A stretch of DNA of 52,906 nt from Hydrurus foetidus (GCA_900617105.1 UYFQ01000029.1:1-52906); one strand, 5' to 3'. Positions 13,910 through 26,390 are shown, counted from the first letter of the stretch. Numbers and translations are program-made. The notes: generated from the letters alone by a model not told the origin.

Positions 13910-14419
13910 CACCCCATGATGGTTATTGTTTGAATATGTGAATATGTTAATTAGTATATGCTTATATTGTATACTTATTGGTTATTGTTCATAATGTTTC
14001 ACACAACACTTAGATAGGGAACTTAGTGTTAGGGTATGGTAAACAGTAAATTTTCTTAAAAATATTTTTCACGGAATTTTTTAATATTGACAAGTTTCAT
14101 CGTGATATGGTGTAAAATAAAACATGGGTGGTTGGATTAGTGGATAGGTATTACTCGAGAAAAACTATTTCTAAACCGTCAAAAAAGCCTCAGCTGGTGA
14201 CCGGTCTCGAGTTCGATCCAACCGATGTTGGTGCCCTTAAATCCGCTAAAACGTCGACATTCGATGTCGCAAAAGCGGTGCATCGATGTCCCTCGCGGTC
14301 CTATCAAACAAATGTTGATTTAAAGCGAAATCAGATTTTTATTTTTATTTTGTAATTTATCTGGAAAAAGCGCTATAAGTGGGTAAGTCAAAATCAATAA
14401 ATAACTCCCCTGAATTTCT

Positions 14420-17400
14420 TTATACATTGAGCACTTGGTCACGTAGCTCTTGGAATAGCTTCCCCTGCAGTGGCTTGGTCAGCAAATCTGCAATCATTTC
14501 TTTAGTACTCTTGTAGGTTACAATAATATGGTCTGATTTAATTCGGTCATGCAGGAAGAAAAACTTGATGTCTATGTGTCTAGTTCTTTCACTGTTGGAC
14601 CTACCGTTCTTAACTAACTGAATTGTGGATAGGTTATCTTGGTAAATTAAAGCTGGACCTACCTCATACTCTTGATGGATAAGGAAATTCCTAGTCCATA
14701 AAACCTGATTACCTGCTTCAGTCATAGCTACTAGTTCTGCCTCTGTGCTAGACGTAGTATTTAATTTCTGAGTGGAACTCTTACCATATATTGCTCCCTT
14801 ACCTAGTGTTATAATACAGCCAGTGTGACTCTTCTTATCTGCATGTACAGCGTATGATGCATCTATATAGGCTATAACCTTAACCGGAGTATCTACCTCT
14901 AGGGTCAGCGGCGTAGCTCTAGTCTCTCTGATATACCGTATAGTATGCGCTAACTTATTCCAGTCGTCGGTTCTAGGTTCTAAGACTCTTTTAGTTAGAT
15001 ATGCTATACATGTCAGTATGTCTGGTCTGGTTCTCTTACTTAAATATAACAACTTAGCTGTTAGTGAGTGGAATCTCTCACGTTCTTTATCTTTCAATAA
15101 AGGACTGTTAAGATCGATCTTAAATAGATTATCGTCGGCAGGTGTTCTAGACACCCCCACAATCTCTATGCAATCGTCTAACAAGTCTTTTATGAAACCT
15201 TCCATGGATATGACAACTCTGCCTAACTGCTCAAAGTTAAAAGTCATACCTATATAATTCAACACTTGCCTCTACTCTTAGTCAGGCCTGGGTATAGTTT
15301 TCTATCTCTGAAATTATACTATCTATACGCTTCTCATCCCTACTGCTGATCATCATATCATCAACATGGATAACTAAAGTAGTCTGAGTGGAATCTAGCT
15401 CAGTCCTATTGAATACACATATGTCTGATGGATTTACCTTATAGCCTAACTGTGTTAAATCTGATGATATTTTATCATACCATAACTTAGCTGACTCTAC
15501 ACATCCATATAATGCTTTCTTAAGCTTAACTACTACTGTTCCTTTCTCATTTACATACTTCTGATAAGACTTGTCAATGCTAACTAATATGTTAGTCAAA
15601 TATTTATTCAGTCTCATCAGCACTGCATGGTCACCGTCTAGTGGCATATCACTGTTGAGGAATGCACCAGGAAAATCGATCGTAGCGACCGCTCGATTTT
15701 CACTAGCAGCAATTGCAGCAACAATAAATACGCTAGTGGTGCTAACAGTTGGTGATGAACCGTTATCATATATATTTCTATCTTGTAGATGACCTCCTGC
15801 TACAAGTCTAGATTTTAGCTTATCAAATTTACCATCTGCTGTATACTTATCTTTTAAAAACATACTGCTGGTTATGATACTTTTCCTCTGATTGTAACTA
15901 AGACTGTTGAGGTGAACTGCCTCCCACACATTCTTATCACACATCTGTTGTAACTCTTTTTTAATGGAATCTACGGCTATCTCGCCTAATTTCTGTACTC
16001 CTTCTGTTACGGTCATGTTCATCATGTACTTACACATAACTGAATCTTTGTAGCTAGGTATACTTAAACCTACTAATCTCTTATTCCATCTACCTGGCTG
16101 ATGGTTTCTAGCACTACGTCTGGGTTGTTTATCTAGAATTTCCTCTGACTTGCTATTTTCTGTGGTGGGGTATCTACCTCATCATCACTGTCTACACCAA
16201 ATATATCATTCATTAATGCATCGGGGTCAGTTGGTGTATCGTCATACACTACATCCTCTCCTTCATTAACGTATATATCATTTGGTATGTATTCTGTTAA
16301 TTGTTCGAACTCTGATTCGTAAGCTACATCAGAATTGCCATCGTATGAGTCAAAATTATTTGCTATCTCATGATGCACAAATTCGTCTTCTGTAGGATAA
16401 CTATACGGTGTTATCATGTCAGGTGTCTGCAACTCAAATTCATCGTTGGAGTAATCATTTCCATCGTCTTCGAGGATTTGATTACTCTGTTCGAAAATAG
16501 GTTGCTTGACATTCACTGACATATTCAATTTCCTCTCAGATGCTAACTTATCGAGGTAACTGATCACATCATCTGTCATTGGTAGGCGAGTAGCCTTTGT
16601 CCTCTTCACTACTTTTAAGTTAGCTAACAGCAGATAATACCATGACCCTTCTAGGTTGCCTGCACTAACTAATGCTATTGCTGCCTGTGATCTGGGTTTG
16701 TTTGAGTTATCCACGGTATCGGTGTGTACTTGTACGTAATCACCGAAACCGTGTTTCAACTCCTTATCTACGTTAATCTTTCTACCGTATAATTTCTCTC
16801 TGGGGCTGACGTAAGCTACACTGTTTCTAGTTGGTACTAAATTTAATCTGTTCACAACATATCTAAGTAACCAACTTTCTAGTAGCTCACTCAGTGAAAA
16901 AGGTACCGTGTTAATGATAGCACGAACACGTTCCTTGATCATTCTTGTAGCTGACATTTTTGTCTAAGTCGCATAGATATATGTTCGTAGACTGATCATG
17001 GACAAATCTATATACAGGTCCTGACTTAAGCATTTTAACTTTATAGCAGTCTTGGTAACTATCATAGCTAACTGACTCGCTCACGCTAACTATGTTGCCA
17101 AAACTTAAAATATTAGCTATTCAATTGCTGTCGAAATAAACTGTTCCGAAATCCGTCTCGCCACACTCCGTGATTATCAAGGGTTCCCCCTGAGGGTTCA
17201 CTCCATTAATAATCATCGGGGTAGCGGACGGCATAATACTATAAAATAAATCTCTACTACAAAATACTGACTCGGCTGCGCATGCATCTAATAACACTTG
17301 TCTGTCCGTGAATGTGGAGCAGTGTGTATATACATTCGCACTAAAAATCACAGGGTCACCCCCACAATTTTTACTGTTCAGTGGACAAAAATTCTCCAAG

Positions 17401-17535
17401 CTGCATGCTTTATCTAACAATGGCACAAACGCAGGGTAACCGGTCGACGTTGCAAATACGTCATGCAGTCCGGTTTCCCCACACGGAACATTTACATCCT
17501 TAGCTAGTGAATCAGGTAAAAAACATATAAGGGAC
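14420..17535 (-). pseudogene. pol: Copia B pol (PR, truncated IN, RT, RNase H)
   Basis: PR LLDACAAES; RT KSRLVAGG, DFPGAFL, KKALYG, HVDD; RH IDASYAVH, SSTEAEL, QDN, ADLLTKPL. Stop at 17121, integrase core missing, breaks at about 16130 and 15280. Confidence 0.93.
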
Positions 17536-18720
17536 TTACTTTTCCGAAGAAGGGTGACGCGCAGGTGCGTTCTTCCTCGGCGGCTTCTTACACTCGTACG
17601 CGTAATGGCCCTCCTCCCCGCAGTTGTTACACGCTCCGTAACGGGTACCGTACTCCTGTACGGCACCACCTCTCTCTCTCTGTGGGGTGGCCTCCCTATC
17701 CCTATAGGGAGTGCCTGCCCTCTTACTGCTCTCGCTGCCGGGGGTGTCGAATCCTCCCTTCTCAGCTCCGCTCTCTCCGCTGCCACGGCCTCTGCCGCCT
17801 CTCCCGGTTGAACCCGCTCTCCCACCCCGACTGGCCGCGAAAACGTTTCGCTTCTCCGAGTTCGGGGGAGCTCCTCCGTGGACGGGCCTTCCCATGAGGA
17901 AGTTGGCCGCGTCCTGGTTGGCATCGGCCATGGTCTGCGGCCATGACCGAACCTTATTTTTAAACGTATTGATATATTCTAAATAGTTTGAATTAAGTCC
18001 AGTTACAAATAATACAGCATGGAACTCATCTGTGTGAATGGGCTCTTCTTCGTCGGCGATCCTGTATGACTCGCTCTTGACAAACAGAAGCGTCCTACAC
18101 CTACTAAAATAAGCAGCTAGATCTTCGTTCTGGTACATTTTATTATTATAAAAGTTTCTAATAGCTGTAGTCATATTATATACATCTCCATACCTTTTGT
18201 TGTTCATGTGTGTTGCAACCACACATGTCAACACCTCCAAAGGATCGCAGTCCTCTATGGCTCTCTTGCCTGCCGGCATCTCGTTCACCCTTGTGATCGA
18301 GGCGTCCGACATCTGACCTAGTATTACACCATACAGTTTTGCGCAGTCTTTTTTATGTAATTCAATATTAGCAACATATTTCTTACTTGCTGTCTTCCAC
18401 CTCTCTATGGCCACCATGCCGGCGTTATCCGGCGGGTCGTCTGGCTCTACGAATTCTTCGTAATCTGAGAGGACCCCATCTATGCCAATAATTTCTTTAA
18501 TGGAAGATTCGTAAGTACTATACATATATACTCTTAAACATTCAAGCCATTTCAACACAGCTTCCGGATCTGCCGCTTGGCCTCGTGGCAGATCCAGGTA
18601 AGCACCTACCTCGGGCTTCCTACCTTTTACTATGGGTTTATGGGGCTCGCCTTGCCCCCTACCATATCGACCCCTGCCCCCGCCACGGGACTGGAATCTT
18701 CCATCGCCTCGTCCTCTCAT
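17536..18720 (-). CDS. gag: Copia B Gag (394 aa)
   Basis: Intact ORF 56 nt after the 5' LTR; RGG-rich N-terminus; CCHC knuckle CNNCGEEGHYAYEC; homologous to 33010-34128. Confidence 0.92.
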   Translation of the reverse strand: MRGRGDGRFQSRGGGRGRYGRGQGEPHKPIVKGRKPEVGAYLDLPRGQAADPEAVLKWLECLRVYMYSTYESSIKEIIGIDGVLSDYEEFVEPDDPPDNAGMVAIERWKTASKKYVANIELHKKDCAKLYGVILGQMSDASITRVNEMPAGKRAIEDCDPLEVLTCVVATHMNNKRYGDVYNMTTAIRNFYNNKMYQNEDLAAYFSRCRTLLFVKSESYRIADEEEPIHTDEFHAVLFVTGLNSNYLEYINTFKNKVRSWPQTMADANQDAANFLMGRPVHGGAPPNSEKRNVFAASRGGRAGSTGRGGRGRGSGESGAEKGGFDTPGSESSKRAGTPYRDREATPQRERGGAVQEYGTRYGACNNCGEEGHYAYECKKPPRKNAPARHPSSEK

Positions 18721-18765
18721 CCTTGCAATCTTTTTGCAACTTACTATCTAAGCTATCTAAGGATG

Positions 18766-18776
18766 ACTGTCGTTTA
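18766..18776 (-). promoter_or_regulatory. Non-tRNA primer-binding site of Copia B (TAAACGACAGT), complementary to LTR site 18898-18908
   Basis: Directly abuts LTR terminal CA; no TGG; perfect 11-nt reverse complement of ACTGTCGTTTA in the LTR sense strand. Confidence 0.8.
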
Positions 18777-19055
18777 TGTTGGAATTCTGGGCGATTTACA
18801 CGGAATTTCTTCCGAGTTCCCAAACGATCCCTGCACTTCCGACTGCTAGCAACGCTCGCTCAAAAGAGAAGAAGACGTTCTATTCGGTAAGTTGGATTAA
18901 ACGACAGTGACATGCTGTCGATTACATCTAGGTAGCATAACATGAGTGCGAGGGTTGCGGTCAATGTTATCGCTGAATGTACGTACACCCGTGCATGAAA
19001 ACAATCATACACCACACAGGGTACAAGATCGTAGTCTAATCCGGATATCCCAACA
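18777..19055 (-). repeat. Copia B 5' LTR
   Basis: tgttgggatatc...aattccaaca on the minus strand; direct repeat of 13631-13909. Confidence 0.96.
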
Positions 19056-19322
19056 TTTTTGTACTTCGTATTTCGTCCAACCGTATGGATTGACCTTATT
19101 GTGGCCTGAGGCCGGTCCTTATGTACACCGGAATTCATTTTAAACAGGAACAGGATTTCGGTTTTTAAATTCCTGCTCGGTCTCGAACGAGATTTCGGAC
19201 CATTTTTCCTGTTCGAACCGAGCTGGAAAAAAAATGGAGCAGGATTTCGAGAGAATTCATGGATCAAAATCAAGAGTTTCGCAAATCCTGTTCTTGTTCG
19301 GGGGAATTCCGGTGTACATAAG

Positions 19323-19702
19323 CTGCGTTCGCCCATAGGTATAGGGCCCTATGTAGGTTTTCTCGAAATAATTTATATAGGGCCCTAGGTTATTGGAATT
19401 TTCAACTTATACGGATCAATTAATAATTTGTTACTTAATGTGTTTATAGGAGTGTTTGTAGCTAAATATAAACATATACAATGAAGAAATAAGAAATCAT
19501 ATCTACTTCAAGTGTACGTACGCACAGCACATTTGAACATACTTACAGTACATTTTTTTCGTACGTACAGTGCGTTTGTGCGTAAGTGCAGTGCTTTTGT
19601 ACGTACGCATAGCCTATATAGGCCTATATAGGCTTTTGTGAAAAGTAGGGGCCTATATTATAGAGAATAGGGTTTCTCAAAATTACCTATGGGCGAACGC
19701 AG
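19323..19702. mobile_element. MITE with 8-bp TSD (hAT/P/Merlin-type duplication length)
   Basis: 19-bp TIR ctgcgttcgcccataggta / tacctatgggcgaacgcag; TACATAAG direct repeat at 19315-22 and 19703-10. Confidence 0.88.
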
Positions 19703-19709
19703 TACATAA

Positions 19710-19888
19710 GACCGTTTCTTACGCACCGAAAACTAAAACCAAAAACCCACGAGTTTTCATTTTCGGGAAGTTTCGGAATGAGAAAACTGGGAAAAAGGTC
19801 TGTTTTCCCAGTTTTCTCATTCCGAAACTTCCCGAAAATGAAAACTCGTGGGTTTTTGGTTTTAGTTTTCGGTGTGTAAGAAACGGTC
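19710..19888. mobile_element. Palindromic MITE, TAA TSD
   Basis: gaccgtttcttacgcaccgaaaactaaaaccaaaaacccacgagttttcattttcgggaagtttcggaatgagaaaactgggaaaa mirrored almost perfectly; TAA on both sides. Confidence 0.92.
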
Positions 19889-19891
19889 TAA

Positions 19892-21204
19892 GGCCGTTAC
19901 TTACAGCATCCATAATCCCGTCTAAAATCGGTAATTTTGGGCGGGTTTTACGGGAATGCATTCCTTACTGACCCTAAATTTTGCATCCACAATTTTTTTT
20001 GAATTTGAAGAAATCGATGCGAAAAATCATCCACAAATTGGACCAATATTCCGGCATGGTAGACGTCATGCCAGAATTTATAGTCATGCATTCAACGCCC
20101 GTAAGAGTCGAGCTACGTCTACATCGAGCTACGGAAAATGAAGACGAGGAAGATGCCGACGGACACAGCTACATCAGTGAAGGAACTTTACCTGCCTACT
20201 AGCGAAGGTCCTACTGATTCGGAGCATTTTTTTACCGACGAAAAAGGGAAGCGGGTGTCCAAGAAACCAGCGCGTAGATCTCATCAACGAGACGTCGAAT
20301 CAGTAGCTACAGCAGTTACCAAAATTTCCGTCGACAGTAATACCATGATGTCCCACCGACTTCTCCAAGTAGATCAAGAGCTGCAAATCGCAAGCAGCTC
20401 CCACAATTTGAGAATCATTCAGCTCCTTCAATCCAACGCTACATCTGAGGAGGAAAAAAGCTTAGTGGACGATTACTACAAAGAGTTCTTACTACATGAG
20501 GGGGATCTACTGAGAAAGAGACTAGCCGCCAACAAAACACCGCGCGAACAATCATCCAATGCTTCTAAACCATCTCAAGCTAATAATATCTCAACTCCGA
20601 TAGTGGCTGCAACTACCCTTAGTGTCAAACCTACTGATAGTAATCGAAATGCTAACCACCATGACAGTGACGAATTTAAGAATTTTGGTGAGTCATTTTT
20701 AGCACTTGATTCCTTCGAATCTGAGTCAACCTAAGTATAACCTTCTCTAAATATGTTAGTTCAAGCACTAGACGAGGTTTCTGAGGCACAAATTACAGTC
20801 ATTTCTGAATCTCAGTCATCAAACAGTCTCATGACACTCCGAGAGCAAATGACCTCCTCCAAGAGCCATTTCAAGGCCCTATCCACTGGGAAATCGGACA
20901 TTGGAGCTCCATGATGATGATATGTGGTTTAAATTGTGTTGAAAGACCAGAATAGGACAACCATGTTACTATTGACAACCATAAAATATTTGAAATTTGA
21001 AATTAGTTGAATCGATTCTAAGTTTTTAGATAAGATTCTGGCTCATACTGTAAGGCACAACATCCATAATGACCGATTTTGGGAGATTGATTCTGGATGC
21101 TATAAGAGACACCATCCAGAATTAAGAATCCAAAAAAATGTACAAATTCTAACCCAAAATTGCCGATTTTGGATGCAAGATTGTGGATGCTATAAGTAAC
21201 GGCC
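19892..21204. mobile_element. Non-autonomous TIR element, TAA TSD, carrying an unidentified 198-aa ORF (20138-20734)
   Basis: TIR ggccgttacttacagcatccataatc / gattgtggatgctataagtaacggcc; TAA at 19889-91 and 21205-07. Confidence 0.88.
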
Positions 21205-21219
21205 TAAGGACCGGCCTGA

Positions 21220-24200
21220 GACCGTTCCTTACGGCACGAGTTCAGGATCTGGGATTTCGTAAAATCACCCTATGGGGCGGAAAAAACGTGAATTTTTCCA
21301 GAACTCAAAAACTCAGAACTCGAGTTCTGGAAAAACAGGCAGGGGTTGCACGGTCGTGCGCACACGCGCACACTCACTGTTAACTTTATATATCGACTTC
21401 GTCGACGAACATACTCATCACTCGATAGCACCATCTCTCACAGATATACCCTGCAGAAAACTTTCGTCCTTTAAGCTGCCACTTCGCGACCTGACTAACT
21501 CGACCATGGTGAGTCTAGTGGTAGTATTTTTTTCCAATGAAATTCAACCGATCGACCAAAAACTGTCTTCTCCTGAAGATCGATTCATCGACAAAGGTTG
21601 CTTGCAGCCAGAATTCATCATCGGCAACAGTTGCGAGTGCTTTTCAAGATGATTTCAGTAGCTGTTAATAGCATCAACTAAACAATGATGTGAAAGTAGC
21701 TCATGCAACTACTTTTTCGATCTCCTTCTTCATGTATCAGGCACGCACAAGTTTGCACGGACTGGCATCTTAGCTATAATCTCTCTCTACCTGTGATTCT
21801 GTGCGCACCTCAATCCCTTTCATTGTGAGTCATGGCAGATATGAGTTACCAGCAAAATTTCTCGGAGAATGAGATCAAATCTCACCTCCTCTCTTACCGA
21901 ACTTGCCATTTTTGATGGATATCGTCAGATTGACAGTCTCTTCCGTCCATCAATGTACTGGATATCCCCGTAACAGCAATTTTCTTCGATAAGCTGTCAG
22001 ACATGAAGTGTAGAGGCACCTTTTTTTCGGATAACGTCACGCGTCCAGAGGTTGCAATGTTGATGGCAGATGTACACACTTATGTTGATGGCAGAATCGG
22101 AAAGAGAAAACATTAGCAGGCTGAAGTGGGCTAAGACAAACATCGTTAGCTGCTATTTAAGATTAAGAGACAGTACATACAGTATCATTTATAGATCATT
22201 AGTCATATCCTTTCTCAAAATTTCTAAACAATCATCTGCGATAGTGTATGCATTAAGTACCTGACTACCACCAATAACTTTATTATTCATACGACACACC
22301 AAATAATTTTCACGTGTAAGCTCATCATTATCAATTGGAATATATACATCTTGTATTGGTATTTTAATCTCTTTCGACTTGCTTGGAATATAATACACAT
22401 TTTCATTTACATTTTGACAGTACATTAGCTTTATAGTCATGCACCATGTACCCTTCTTGATTGTCTTTTTCATTCTTAAGCCATTAATCTCATATTCAAT
22501 TTCAGAATCTCGTATTGATTCTTTCATTTTTTTTGTCATGAGGCCCAACTGAAACGGCTCATCGTTAACGTCTTTTTTCTCGCTAGCAATAGCAATAACT
22601 ATATTTGTTTCGCTGCTTAGAGGTAGAGGCCCCTTAAAGAAATTGATCCTTTTTGTCTCATCGCACGATGTATTCTTCGGGAGCGCTGGCTCTTTGAACG
22701 GTAACTTTTTTACTTGTTCTTCCCTTAATGGTCCCGATGTTGGAGTATAATCACATCTGTGGAAATCATTTTTAATGCAACTGCTGCAGAAACACGAATG
22801 TTGTCGACTGAACAATTTAATTTGCCCTTGCTCTTTATAAGCTATTAAATTGAAGATTCCCTTGATTCCTTTCACTGGAGGCGCATCCCATCTTTCTCCT
22901 ATGTAGTCCGTGATTATAACATCTTTTTCTTTCGTCGCTCTTTCGATCATGTCAGGAGTTGCATCAACTTTATCCACAAGGAATCGATGGAATCTTCTTG
23001 TTATAGTCATAGGATTCCTTTGAGAATCTTCTACAACATCCGGAGCCATAGGGTACTTTGAGGTGAAGAGTTTGAATAGATCATAGGATGTAGGGCAACG
23101 TGTTCCTTCTTCTTCATCTCTCTCTAACTTCCTATAAAATGCTTTTGTAACATTTCCTTGACCATCCACCATTGTCTTGAATGATGCTGTGGGCGCATAA
23201 TTGTGAGTAACCACTACATTGAAGTCTTCAGCTAATGCTGCAACGAAGTACGCATTCCTTCGGCTTTTGTACTGCTCGGCACAACCATCTGTAAAGATGT
23301 TGATTCTGCTCAAATTAAGATCTTCTTACTCATTTACAATGTGTCTCGTCGACACACTGTGGTAGTAACTATTTGCTTCTAGAACTCCGCCTTGCGCTGA
23401 CCAAATATGCCAAACGTCATTATCCTGAATCCTCTTTAATGTTCCATTTTTTAGTACTATGGATCTTGGACTGTGGGTCGCCAGAAAAATACATTGGTTT
23501 GACCGACACGGTACGGCGGTGTTTAGCCTATCTTGTACATCGTGGTCTAGGACAGCTGAAAAATCAGTCATCAGTGTAAGAACTTCCGTTGATGAAGTGT
23601 TTACACATACTGTTCTTGCGTGTGCATTCCACTTTACATTCCACTCATGTGGTATGGCCAACTTCGCGCAGAGTATTAAGTGTTCTATGAGCTCATCTCC
23701 ATTCATCTTAACTTCAACAATTTCATACTGCATCCCACGCGACCTTCCAAGCACATTTTCATATTTGCGGACTATAACTTCAACATCCTTATTTCTTTCA
23801 ATATTGCACATATTTGTTTCATTAAAAAATCTGTCTATTCCGCACTCATTACACTGCTGATATGCACAATCTTTGTAATAGCATGCAAATAATGGACCCC
23901 ATGTTAATAAAGGAATGCTCTTTGGCTGCCTCGCTGATCCCTCTCTTTTTATATTTCTGTTTTTTTTTAATTTTCCAGTATTAGATGCTACTTCTTGTTT
24001 TAAGCGTGATGCTTCAACATTCATTTCTTCCTGTTTTTTAATACTGTCAGTTGGATTTGATTCTGAAGACAGAAGCGGATACTCTTTTTTCGGGCACAGG
24101 ACAGCGTCCATGAGAGCACTTAATGAAATATGACATTTTAAATAATTTTCGTTTCTGTGACCGTTACATAAGCAGCTTTTCATCGGAATCGATATTCCTT

Positions 24201-26173
24201 GATACCTTCGAAGGTTTGCAATAGCTTTGAGAGAATTGTAATAATTTATTTGTATGTGATTTGCACAATCTCTTTGCTTCTGATTCATGCAACATGGACA
24301 GAATGCGTTGGCAAATATTCTTAGTTTTATTGTCGGAATGATAGTACTTACTGTATTACCCTTTCTTTTAACTCTCAAATTTTCTTTCTGCCAATTATTG
24401 TATTCAGGTGACTTTTGAAATATATCATAATAACATTTGATGGATTGACTTCTTACATGGACCTGATGGTACGAGAATGTCCCGTCATAATTGTGTACGT
24501 ACACTTTAGCTGAGGCGAACGTATCAAGTCTACAAACATCGTGACAAAAATCTCGCACGACACCAAGGTCCAATTTATCATCCCTTATCTTCCTTTCCTT
24601 TGGCGACAATGCCGTATAGAAGATATTAGTCTTTGGCTTCCTAATTGAGTCAGAATTTCTATATTACTTTTCTGATCCAAACTTTCACTGTCATCATCTA
24701 AGTCCATCATATTGCAATAATGATTCTCTATGTCAGTAGATATTACATCAGCTCCTGACTCATCCGATGATTGCAATTCATTCAATGTATGGTATGTTTT
24801 AATCTCACTTTTCTCCTTTTCTATAAGTTGATCGAATACATTTCGTTTTATTTTTCCATTTGTTATTCTTCTTCTAGACACACCAAACAATTTTGATATT
24901 TCAACACTATTCGAATTTTCATATGATATTGCTGTGATAACATTTTCTATTGTGCTCTCCACTAGCGAGAACTTTCCACCGTATTCGCGGAGACCGTTAA
25001 AGTAATTTTTCAAAGAATTTATGATACTATTATTCGTTTCGTTATTTACTTCCTTATTTTCATTAACATTATACTGTTTCTTAATATTAATTATGATACC
25101 TTCCATAATTTGACATTTTTTAGATGGGCTAAACCCTACAGTGACTTCGTCCAGGACTTTATTAAGTTTCTCAAAAATCATTTTCACGCTTTGATTGATC
25201 GACGTTGCTCTGGCGTAGTCTTTTTTACCGGGACCCCTCTCACCCCACTTCAATTTTCTCTTTTCACCGACGTCTTCTCTTACATCATCATCGGATTTCT
25301 CATCTGGTTTCAACCAGTCCGTCGGCACGTGTGAACCTCTCCTACTCATCCCACCCGACACCGTGAAAACGATCATCTTCGTTTGGTAATCAGCTCTGCC
25401 CTCGAAGAAGAAATTCCCAGCATTCATGAGAATTTGAAATCCACTTTTGTTCTTCTTGCTGTAATCCATTAAACCTTGGTATATGAACGCATTCATCCCA
25501 AATGTCTCGCATTCTTTTGATAAGTAAAGACTAATTTGTCCAGTTGCTGGTGCAACAGTCCTTCGAAACACGCTCAAATCAGAATCTTTGTGATTGAAAT
25601 AGGAGTCCAGATCACTCAGAAATTGATTAAAGCGGCCCAATAAATCCTGGAGTCCATTCTCTTCCGATTCAACATTGCGGCCACCGATTTCCTAAAAACG
25701 AAGGGAGAGAGAATGGTTGCATGAGCTACTTTCACATCATTGTTTAGTTGATGCTATTAACAGCTACTGAAATCATCTTGAAAAGCACTCGCAACTGTTG
25801 CCGATGATGAATTCTGGCTGCAAGCAACCTTTGTCGATGAATCGATCTTCAGGAGAAGACAGTTTTTGGTCGATCGGTTGAATTTCATTGGAAAAAAATA
25901 CTACCACTAGACTCACCATGGTCGAGTTAGTCAGGTCGCGAAGTGGCAGCTTAAAGGACGAAAGTTTTCTGCAGGGTATATCTGTGAGAGATGGTGCTAT
26001 CGAGTGATGAGTATGTTCGTCGACGAAGTCGATTTATTAGTACAGAACGTGTGCGCACGACCGTGCAACCCCTGCAGGGCCATTTTTCCAGAACTCGAGT
26101 TCTGAGTTTTTGAGTTCTGGGAATTTTCAAATTCCAAGAACCCAGAACTCATGCCGTTTTAAAAGGAACGGTC
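21220..26173 (-). mobile_element. DNA transposon with long (about 460-490 bp) TIRs and a Sola-like transposase, TGA TSD
   Basis: Termini gaccgttcctt / aaggaacggtc; TGA flanks; 318-bp inner IR, apparently perfect, at 21392-21709 / 25716-26033. Confidence 0.88.
22189..25640 (-). pseudogene. Sola2-like DDD transposase (about 1150 aa) with one frameshift and one in-frame stop
   Basis: Motifs TDFSAVL, FTDGCAEQYK, APTASFKTMVDGQG resemble the DF..../SDGCxxQYK/HGKxxxDG pattern. Cys-rich segments (CPCC, C..C, SCFCSSC). ORFs 23326-24609 and 22189-23313 are in the same frame. Confidence 0.7.
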
Positions 26174-26390
26174 TGAGGCTCAGAAAATGAAAATGAAAAA
26201 TCAAAAATACGTCGGAGTTTACGCCCACGTCGGAGTTTATCTGAGCACTGGGTAAATATATTATGACGGAAGCGAAACCTCACGAGCATCGAGAGATGCT
26301 AATCACTAAGTCACTTCGTGAAGCTCTGCGCAGCTCTGAATGACTTGTTTCGTCTAAGGCGGTGTGCGATATTGTTGAGGTGGTCCTGAG

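Larger units (their letters stand above)
13631..19055 (-). mobile_element. Ty1/Copia family B (CoDi-like), both LTRs present, internally deleted
   Basis: 279-bp TG..CA LTRs, TTTTT 5-bp TSD, order gag-PR-IN-RT-RH. Confidence 0.96.
19110..21216. mobile_element. MITE (about 220 bp) whose right TIR is split by three nested insertions
   Basis: Left TIR ggccggtccttatgtacaccggaattc. Right TIR gaattccggtgtacataa (to 19321) plus ggaccggcc (21208-21216). TGA TSD at 19107-09 and 21217-19. Confidence 0.85.
9837..26251 (-). mobile_element. pogo/Tc1-mariner-like DNA transposon hosting nested insertions
   Basis: About 52-bp TIRs ccagtgctcacgtaaactccgacgtgggtgtaaactctgacgtatttttgat / atcaaaaatacgtcggagtttacgcccacgtcggagtttatctgagcactgg. 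Flanks GTA/GTA (or TA with a 1-nt TIR difference). Internal DDE-like ORFs. Confidence 0.75.

Noticed and set aside
17121..17924. 267-aa ORF as an independent gene
   Set aside because: The N-terminal half is an alternative frame of GC-rich gag; only the 3' half is real protease
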